A stretch of DNA of 64,000 nt from positions 202,678,001-202,742,000 of the forward strand of contig OX597815.1 in NCBI GenBank assembly GCA_951406725.2. The letters run 5' to 3'. Below, piece after piece: positions 54,806-64,000 of the stretch. The stretch comes from Octopus vulgaris (Eukaryota). The translations under genes and the position numbers were made by a program. Numbering within the stretch: the first letter of the stretch is position 1; each line of letters starts with the position of its first letter. Below the pieces are notes generated by a model. The model had not been told where the DNA came from, did no database searches, and worked only from the letters and a program-made list of their open reading frames with translations.

Positions 54806-56233
54806 TGCACCGTCGCCACCAATATCAGCCCCTACAGCAACAATTCTTACAATGCTATTTCGTTAAGGCATAAAGCTACAACATTGGGGAAAATAACTTT
54901 CTCGCTTTTCTATCGTTTTTATCTTTTGTTTTCTCTTTCATTGCCATTAATGCTTCATTGAAATCACATAATAGAAGGGAGAGATATGAGGTTTCGACAT
55001 TTATGCATTTCTCAATTGCGTCGTAAATTATCTGAACTTACGTCAACGGGAGATCGTAAACGATTTGCAAACTTGGCCAGCCATAGGAACAATAACCATT
55101 ATCAAACAGTAAAAGAGGACGCAGACAAATCAGATTCACTGTTTGATAAGGCAGCACCTCCAATACTCACCGTTTTGATTATTACAAGCAGTCATTCTAA
55201 TGAAACAGACACATCGGTGACATAACAGAATACATAGCAACACCGTTGTAAGAGCATTCTATTGCCTACTCAGTGCAGACAAACATTAAAATAAAGTCTC
55301 ACATTTACGTAATCCCAATCATTGTGCTGAGATTCACACCACTAATGTTAAATGCGAAAGAAAAGTAACTGTTGCATCCTGACTTATATGTCCAGTTCAT
55401 CTGTAGTCACCTCTCGAATCTCAAATAGCACATGAAACAATGAGTCTCTACATTTTCGTTCAACCTGCTAGAAACTGCAGGTACAACATCTAATCAGCCC
55501 ATACAGTCTTCAAAAAGAACTCGTTAGATAATGCAATCCAAATTCCTATCATGGCTATAATAATGGTAAAGGCAGTAATATTTTTAATTAAAGGTCTATT
55601 TGCTTGCAGTTAACACATGTGTAAATAACAACAGCAACAGGTATGTGGAGATAGACTGGACTATGAAGGAAATACTAGCAGACTTTTCTCCTCAGGTTTT
55701 ACATTTATTTCCGTAGTAAACTTCAGGTAGGTCCTCAGAGAGAAAAGATTGTGTGACTTTAGCTATGAATATGTGGCTCAGATATTCGTACACGTTTAGT
55801 TCTGCTCGATTAAGACTGAGCCTCTGCTATTTGAGAACACTAACCAAGAAGCATGCAAATATATATAAATACATTTATGCATACATGTTTCTGTATGCTC
55901 GTGTATATATATATACCTACGTGTTTTTACAACTCTTTGGTTTGTAACACCTTGGCCCGACGATTAATACCTGGCTACTACTAGGCTCAAATATGTATTC
56001 TGTGTGTTTCATATATACTGCACCTGCTCCTAGCAGAAACTTATCTTTATATTCCGATTTCTAGTTCTATTTTCTATATGTTCACGAACGCTTTTGTTCA
56101 TTGCTCTGCCTACATGAAAGGTTTCGCGTGTCTGTTTGTACATGTGTGTAGATTGAAATAAGCAAATAATACTCATAGCCAAAATCGACAACGTTCAAGC
56201 ATCTGTACATCATAAATGATTATATGCGAAATA

Positions 56234-56464
56234 GGCGGCGAGCTGGCAGAAACGTTAGCGCGCTGGGCGAAATGCTTAGCGGTATTTCGTCTGCCGTTAC
56301 GTTCTGAGTTCAAATTCCGCTGAGGTTGACTTTGCCTTTCATCCTTTCGGGGTCGATAAATTAAGTACCAGTTACGCACTGGGGTCGATATATTCGACTT
56401 AATCCGCTTGTCTGTCCTTGTTTGTCCTCTCTGTGTTTAGCCCCTTGTGGGTAGTAAAGAAAGA
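56234..56464 (+). mobile_element. tRNA-derived SINE family B, full length with 16-bp TSD
   Basis: GGCGGCGAGCTGGCAGAA head and B-box GAGTTCAAATTCC. TSD GATTATATGCGAA(A/G)TA at 56218-56233 and 56465-56480. Confidence 0.95.
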
Positions 56465-57670
56465 GATTATATGCGAAGTAGGACTCGTGCAACGCTATAA
56501 GTGCGGTGGTGTTCTTCACTGTATGAATGGAACAGCCACTAATTTTGACGATGTCTTTTCTATTGCATAGTATATATCCAGTTTTGTTTATTTATATTTT
56601 TACATTTCGAAGTCTATTATCATTGTTGATGTTGTGATTATGGTTAACAAGTAGTTTACGACATTGCATTTAAAATTTTTTAGAGTTGATATTTAAATAA
56701 AAGATAAAGTCTAAAAATGACTGTGAACGTGTAAATATGATCCCTACTACGCCGTTTGTCCTCGAGACCCATAACTAATTTCCCACCACACACCAGGGGT
56801 GATATCGCCCACTTTAAGAACCTAAGATCAATATGGTCGATAAACTAGTTAAAAGGAGAACGAATTCTTCCACATAACATACCCTTCGGCATTCAGAAAA
56901 GAAAACAAATTGAGTATTGCAAATCTAAATACAGTCTTTGTAGTACAAAAACAAAGCCAAAAATGCTCATGGTTGATTTGTTGATCGACAGTAGTAACAA
57001 CATTTATATTATAATTAATAATAATACTAAAAGAAACTATTGTATAAATGTGTATATAGATAAACTACATAAGTGTTTGGTTACATATACACATAGACAT
57101 ACACATAAACACTCAAACACACACATCCAAATACGTAGATACATACGTACATACATACATATATGCATGCATACATACATACATACATACATACATACAT
57201 AAACAACAGCGTATACCAAACAATGACGTGATTAGTGTAAGCGACATCAGCTGAGGTTTTAGTAATAATAGTGTAAAAAACCAAAAACAGATTATAAAAT
57301 GAAACTTGATGAAAACAAACTATTAGAAGAGAGAGATAAAAGTAATTTGAAAGATAAGAAGACATCAGAGAAAATTGAAAGCCTGTTTGATTACTTTGGG
57401 AATTGATTTCAAATTTCAATTTATTTTTTTAATAATTGAAATGGTAGCTATCAGTCATGGACGCAGATGTCCCATTTGATGGCGGATGCCTGTTTTTGTT
57501 GTTGTGGTTGCTGATTATGTTTCTGATTTGTGGTATTTACTGCTGATTCTCTCCTGGCTCTTTCTTTCAATTGTTACTACTGTTGTTGCTCTTTAGTTAG
57601 CCTCAGGTCGAATAATCTGGTCGAGTAAACCTTGAATATTCTAACTATACGCACCACGTTTTCTTCATAT

Positions 57671-58051
57671 CTCTTTTACTCTTTTACTTGTTTCAGTCAT
57701 TCGATTGCGGCCATGCTGGAGCACCGCCTTTAGTCGAGCAAATCGACCCCGGGACTTATTCTTTGTAAGTCCAGTACTTATTCTATCGGTCTCTTTTGCC
57801 GAGACGCTAAGTGAGGGGGACGTAAACACACCAGCATCGGTGGTCAAGCAATGCTAGGAGGACAAACACAGACACACAAACATATACACACACATACATA
57901 TATACGACAGGCTTCTTTCAGTTTCCGTCTACCAAATCCACTCACAAGGCATTGGTCGGCCCGAGGCTATAGCAGAAGACACTTGCCCAAGGTGCCACGC
58001 AGTGGGACAGAACCCGGAACCAAGCTACTTACCACACAGCCACTCCTGAGC
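57671..58051 (-). mobile_element. SINE family A, full length with small internal deletion
   Basis: Reverse complement of the 26206/33175 family. Confidence 0.93.
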
Positions 58052-58124
58052 ATAAATATATACAAGAAAAATAGAAGATGAAAATGCACTGAGAATAGTT
58101 AAAATATTTATTTTATTAATATAC

Positions 58125-58174
58125 TTGAAGCATTAATCTGTTTCACAGTTTACACTGATTTTCAAATGCTTCAA
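58125..58174 (-). ncRNA. Minimal hammerhead-like motif with U3-A8 variant core
   Basis: Minus strand TTGAAGCAT-TTGAAAA-T-CAGT-GTAA-ACTG-T-GAAA-CAGAT-TA-ATGCTTCAA, with a 9-bp stem I and GNRA-capped stem II. Confidence 0.55.
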
Positions 58175-58600
58175 ATAGAAAGACGGGGCTTATGTCGCAC
58201 CTGTCTTGCTTCTGACTAGTGTTTCACGTTTGCCCTGTTTTTTATAAGGAGTTCATGGCTCAAATTTGTATATGTTTTGAATAAGATTTGAATGGTAGAA
58301 GATAGTCACATGACTGGTCTTAGAAATGTTTGTAGGTTCCCCGCTACGTCCCTGTCTTACTATCAAATGACAATTGTTAGTGCTATAAGTTAAGTTTGAC
58401 ATGGTTGACTGAACAAGTTCAAACAATCAATGCCCTGAATGTTTTCTGTCAAGTGCTTGTAGAGAATGAACACATGATTAAGTTTATAACTTTTTGTACG
58501 TCTTCCGCTACGTTCATGCGTTAGTGTCACGTGACAGTATATTTTGCGCCTAAAAGAAGGCCGACACGGTTGAGTGAATATGTTGAGTTCTAATCAAGGC
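58125..58600 (-). mobile_element. Penelope-like 3' tail/pLTR, diverged paralog of 59217-59640
   Basis: Shared blocks GTTTCACAG..ATTTTCAAATG..ATAGAAAGACG..CTTGCTTCTGACT..TTAGAAAT..TTTGTA.GTTC. Confidence 0.65.
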
Positions 58601-59216
58601 ACTCCAAATTCAATCTTTCTAGACTTCTCGCTTTATTATTATCTAAAACTTTATTTGAAATAGCACAATAAAAGGCATCCATAGTGATATTTCGTTCAAT
58701 ACACTAAGCAACAACCCATGGGCTTATTAAAATATATTTATTAACGACAGCAGCCGAATTAATATCAAAACGTTATATCTATCCCCACTTAAAAGTAGTA
58801 TTTATTTTCTGTAAGAACAAACAATACTACGGTACTTACCATGAAAGAAACTTTCATTACGGCTTTTGAGGCAAAACGAACTTTTGTTTAAATATTGCCT
58901 TTTAGGTATTAATACTGCTTCGGTCGCTAATAAATATTCTTTTAATAAGCCCACTGGCTGGTCGCGACAACAGTGCCTATTCTTTCTCGGTGATTTTATA
59001 TATCGCTAGTGGAAATGAATCGTAGCTATCTCTAGTGGCAGGGCGTCCATTAATGACAAGGCCAGGGAAGCCTGAAATCACTGATCTGGTGGTCATGGCG
59101 CTAGAGATGGCTGGAGTTTATGTCCCTGCTACCGATATAGAAAACAAAGTTATTCTATTCCACACAGGATAATGCACTGGTATTCGTTTAGATTTCTTTA
59201 TTTATTTTTTTTTTTT

Positions 59217-60620
59217 AACCGGTTTCACAGATTTCGTCCATTTTCAAATGTTGAGATAGAAAGACGTGGAGCTACGCTGCGACTGCCTTGCTTCTGACTG
59301 GAATTCAAAATTGTCTTGTTTTATAGAGAAAACATGACTTAAATTAGTATCTGCTTTAGATACGTTTTGATTAGTCGAGAATGATCACGTGATCAGGTTT
59401 AGAAATTTTTGTAAGTTCTCCTCTTTGATGTTACGTGACAATATGTTTGGCACCGTTAGTTAAAGCTGTCACAGTTGAGCGAAAATGTCAAGTGACAATC
59501 CCTAGCGATCTGGGCTGTCTCAGATTTACCATTAAATGTAGGAAGATCTTGTGATAAGTAGTCGACTTAATGATTTTTATGGTTCTCCAGTGCGTCCGTG
59601 CGTTAATATGTGACAGCATTTTTTGCGTCGAAAATCAAAGGTAAAGTGGAAAACTTGTGAGACTTATTTTTTGCTCATATGGTTCACTAATTGGCATCTG
59701 TCTCGTACTGGGTCCTCGTATTTGTTGTCTAAGGATAGTAAGTCTATTACTAAGAGTGAATTTTGTTTGACCTATGTAATCCTCGTTATATTTGGTCGCA
59801 TATATTGAATTTTTTGACGAACAGATTAAATCTAGCAAGAAGAATCTGTATAATTGTTTTAAATGTTAAAACTCGTAATAAGACACCAGGAATTAATTAT
59901 TTATTATAAATATCTCTCCTGGTTTAAATTTGTATTTATTGTCTTCGATGAGGTTGATACAGTTCCCGCAGTTAGGGCAGCCAAACGTTTTTACCTTTTG
60001 ACCGTTGTGGAGGGTAATTTAGCACTGGTGAACAGTTTCTTGTGGGGTTTTGGATGTCTTTTGTTTTTAAACAGTTTGTTCATTTCGAGTGCTTGCATCA
60101 TTTTTGGGTTTTGTCTCAGGAGTGGAATATTATGGGGAATAATGTTGTAAACCTCTGTTTTGGAGTTTGTTTATTGTAATAAATAGTACATTATTAGGTG
60201 TATCAGAAGTGGTGGGGTTCACCATTCTTGAATATCTATTGCTTTTACATACCCTGTTCCGTTGTTATTAAAATTGACTATATTTTCTCTCGAGTAGTTC
60301 TTTTAATTCCTGGTGTCTTTTATTACGAGTTTTAACGTTTAAAACAATTATACTGATTCTTCTTGCTAGATTAAAAGGAATATCGGTTTTTGTGTGTTTG
60401 GGAAGGCATGAGGAGAATAGTAGGTATTGTTTAGATTATGTTGGATTGCAATGTATGTCAGTTTCAATGTTTTTGCCTTGTTTTGATGATTATAATGTCC
60501 AGGAATGGTAGTTGAGTTTTACTGTATTCCATGGTGAAGTTGATACTACTGTTTATGCTGGTAGTTAGGTTTTTGAATGCAATAAGGCGGACAAACTTGG
60601 GAGTCCACACGGCATTTAAG
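59217..60620 (-). mobile_element. Decayed Penelope-like element (RT C-terminus, GIY-YIG, 3' tail)
   Basis: SINFTMEYSKTQLPFLDIII, IPFNLARRISII and CSSKNSIYATKYNEDYIGQT..R; same family as 38670-39900. Confidence 0.85.
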
Positions 60621-61467
60621 CAAAGTTTCCAGTTTTCTAGTAAATATTTATGAAAGTCCAAACCATACAAAAGTCATTACATAACGTTTGTATTTAGTTT
60701 TAGTTGTTTCCGTCACTGGACATTAGCTTTGTAGGTGTAAATCTTTCAAGGGCTTTAGTTAATCATATCGACTAAAGTGCGTATTTCAGTCTGGTATATA
60801 ATTTATTGATCACACGCTTATCAAACTGTTGTACTGCGAAACAAAGGATCACAGCATTTAAGCTTATGTATGTCTGTGTGTATGCACACATTATTCTGTA
60901 TATGTGTGTGTGTGTTTGTTTTTTGTGTGTTACATCAAAAGATGACAGTCTACTTTGAGCTTCATTCGTGGCTTATCACAAGGAATTGAGTTCTATAACA
61001 CTAAACGTTTGCACTTTGCGAAATATATATTTGTGCATATTTTATAATTGTATGTGTGTTTGTACATATACATATACATATATACGATCAGTTTCTGCAA
61101 TAGTTTTCGTTTACCATATTACATTCACAATGTCTTGCGGTTATCTCCAATAATATTATTCGAATCCAACACTGCAAATTTTATATATTTAGATATGTCA
61201 TAAATATTAAATCTGATTTCACACACCAACCTGTTTCCGTAAGCATGAGCTGTAACACAATTATAAACTTTCGATTTATAACTTACTCTGTACAAGTGGA
61301 AAATATTTTGATATTTACATTTACAGTACGTTTTGATCAATTCGTGCATAGTAGTACCAGATAAGTTTCGAACGTGTAACACTTAGTCGAAACTATAGAT
61401 TTACTCATTAGCAATGAATCATTATCATGTATTTACACTTCTATTTATTTCTTTGTTGGTCGTTGAT

Positions 61468-62594
61468 GAATTATTTACCAACATTTCCTCAACTTCGATT
61501 TACCGGCTTCACTTAAAGGTAAGATCGTTGCTGCTATGTCTCGTACGCCTGCTGCAGCGCATTGATGATATTGCGACGAAAGACTTCTCGATTAAACTCG
61601 TTATCTCCACCTACCTTGCTACTCATGTTCAGCCAGCTCATGTTATTGCCCAACCATTACGTTCTTGGCCTGCCTCTTGGTTTTCTACCCTTTACCATTT
61701 CTTTTATGATACTGTTTACCAAACCTCTGCTTCTTCGAATATAGTCGTGATGAAGAGGAGTTTTGATCGAATTCCTGACATTCATGACTACCTGCTTTTA
61801 CATGTATCTTGGACTATAATTTCCAATATGTCAATGTATATTATCAAGACTGAAGCCGGACCAAGTACGCATGGTCTTTATCTAAATCATATGAAAACAA
61901 AAGTCATGGAAGTAGGAAAAGAGAAAGTAGCTGTTAACATCAAAGTAGGTAGTGAGAAGCTCGAACAGGTTGAAATGTACAGGTATCTTGGAGCCCAAAT
62001 CTCTGATGACATCACATGTAAGAAAGAAATTTGGACACGACTAGCCATGATCCGAACGTCCAAGGAAAAGCATTATAACATCTTGAATAACAAAAGTGTT
62101 CCAACTAAGTTGAAAACAAGGCTAATGGGAACACTCATTTAGCCAATAGGCATTTATAGTTGCGGAGCATGGACTCTGAATAAATTTGAATAAAATATAA
62201 TCAATTCGTTTGAGATGTGATTGTATAGGAGAATGTTACGAATCTCTTGCAATGAATCAATGCTACAAGTAGATAAAATACAACTCCTGAAGATAGTGAA
62301 AATAGCAAAATTTCATCTATTACGACTATATTCGAAGAAACAGAGGTTTGGTAAACAGTATCATAGAAGGAATGGTAAAGGGTAGAAAACCAAGTGGCAG
62401 GCAAAGAACGTAATAGATGGGCAATAACATGAGCTGGCTGAACATAAGTAGCAAGGTAGGTGGAGATAACGAGTTTAATCGAGAAGTATTTCGTCATCAA
62501 TGCGCTGCAGCAGGCGTACGAGATATAGCAACAACGATCTTACCTTTAAGTGAAGTCGGTAAATCGAAGTTGAGGAAATTTTGGTAAATAATTC
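61468..62594. repeat. Long inverted repeat, ~280-bp arms (61468-61751 / 62319-62594)
   Basis: Arms are highly similar reverse complements by eye (e.g. CTCGTACGCCTGCTGCAGCGCATTGATGA / TCATCAATGCGCTGCAGCAGGCGTACGAG). Confidence 0.93.
61840..62480 (+). pseudogene. RTE-clade LINE RT C-terminal fragment
   Basis: GLYLNHMKTKVM..LEQVEMYRYLGAQI..CKKEIWTRLAM..KLKTRL..YSCGAWTL..INSFEM*LYRRMLRIS..EGMVKGRKPSGRQR. Confidence 0.88.
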
Positions 62595-64000
62595 TTGCAG
62601 ACTGAGGCTCCCCTACTTTGGTTCACATAATTAGGTACTATAGCCAAGTGTTTACTACAATATTATAGTATCAGATCTTATGTAATCATTGTGTTATGCA
62701 TTTTCCTGATACACTTTCACATCATGAGTGAAATAAATGGAGCTGACCTAGAGCTAAACCATTGTAACGTATGTTGTGTTTTGAGGCAGAATATAACTCT
62801 TTCTTCTTTTAGGAGGGTAAAATCGATTGCATCGACCTCAGGACCTGAGAGTGCCTGGGAGAATAAATGATTGCCTAACCTGACCACAATATGACTAAAT
62901 TTTACAACGCATTTTTTCCATTGCACTACTGATTCTTCTATGTCCATATTTGGAGTAAAAACAATCAGCTTTAATTTACATCAATAAAGAAAGGGATAGG
63001 ATAAACATAATATATACTAAGAATGACATATGTCAGAACAATTACTTTCGAATAATATCAATGTTTGATAATCTACTTTGTAACTTAAATAAGCTTTAAT
63101 ACTGAAATAGCCTAGAAACAGCTATACTATCACTTCGAAAAGCACAATGCTTCCGAATTTTATGGATATGCATAAAGGCTTCATTGTTTCTACAGAATAG
63201 TTGTGGCATAACTGAAGTGAAATGGCTTGGAACTAAAAGCAAAGCCGATTCGTAGATCTCTAGAAAACGAGATTACGGTGACTATCAGAAGAAAGAAAGG
63301 CATTTATTGAAATGGCTTAACGTTTAGTAATACAATAGTCAATATCATTTTATATGTGTTTCTCTTAGTAGTCCATTTTCAATTTGTCATAATCTCCAAT
63401 TGCAGTTAAATCCACCTGGTCATCTCATAATGTGTCAGAATGACTTCTCATCCTTTTAAAGTCCTGAAAGCATGAAAGTAAACCAATGGAATTCCTCCTA
63501 AAGTATATCTTTGCATCTATTGGCATTTATTTCCAATTACCGAAGTATTAGGCAAGTATTGTAATAGTGTTTGTCTAATACGAACCAAAAGGTCTGTATC
63601 CTGTCACAGCTTCACTAACAAATCTCCTGAAATGTATCAGGTTTGTTTTTCATCTCCTGGATTTATTTTAAATACGCAAAAGAATGCATTTATTCACTGG
63701 ATTTTCTCGATCCCAGCAGACTTAGGTATAACAAAAGCAATGAAACACAATCAATACCTCCAGAAGATCGATCGACTTGCTAGAAAAATCAACCAATTCT
63801 CCCTTACATCATGCCCTATCACTTTTTTTGCAGGGTGGTGGAATAAAGAAAACAGCAGTATATAATCTTGTTTCTCTAAATCAATCCAGAATGCAACCAT
63901 ACGAACATCTTTCGCAACAAAAACAGCGACATTATTAACAGCTTTGATCTCTGCTCAACTCGATAAGAGTTCACCTGGGGATAAACACCACAGAAGAGCT

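Noticed and set aside
63400-64000. Possible LINE endonuclease remnant on the minus strand
   Set aside because: Only vague similarity, with no intact APE motifs.

Overview
This is AT-rich eukaryotic genomic DNA crowded with microsatellites and transposon remnants. The SINE families and repeat landscape look like an Octopus/cephalopod genome (inference). No complete protein-coding gene is recognisable. Most listed ORFs are translations of (TA)n, (CA)n, (TAGA)n or (TATG)n repeats; the rest are decayed transposon proteins: Dong/R4, CR1, RTE and HERO-like LINEs, Penelope-like elements, Tc1/mariner, plus non-autonomous Helitrons, a MITE and two to three tRNA-type SINE families. The main finding is a head-to-tail array of near-identical ~492-bp units (40537-43226, running into an N gap). 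Each complete unit carries an intact type I hammerhead ribozyme on the minus strand inside a highly self-complementary sequence, so it is a candidate non-LTR retrozyme / circular-RNA-producing array, next to a Penelope-like remnant with its own hammerhead. Several more hammerhead-like motifs, including U3-A8 and A3-U8 core variants, mark other Penelope-type termini. There are also three large inverted duplications and a few weak candidate host microexons.
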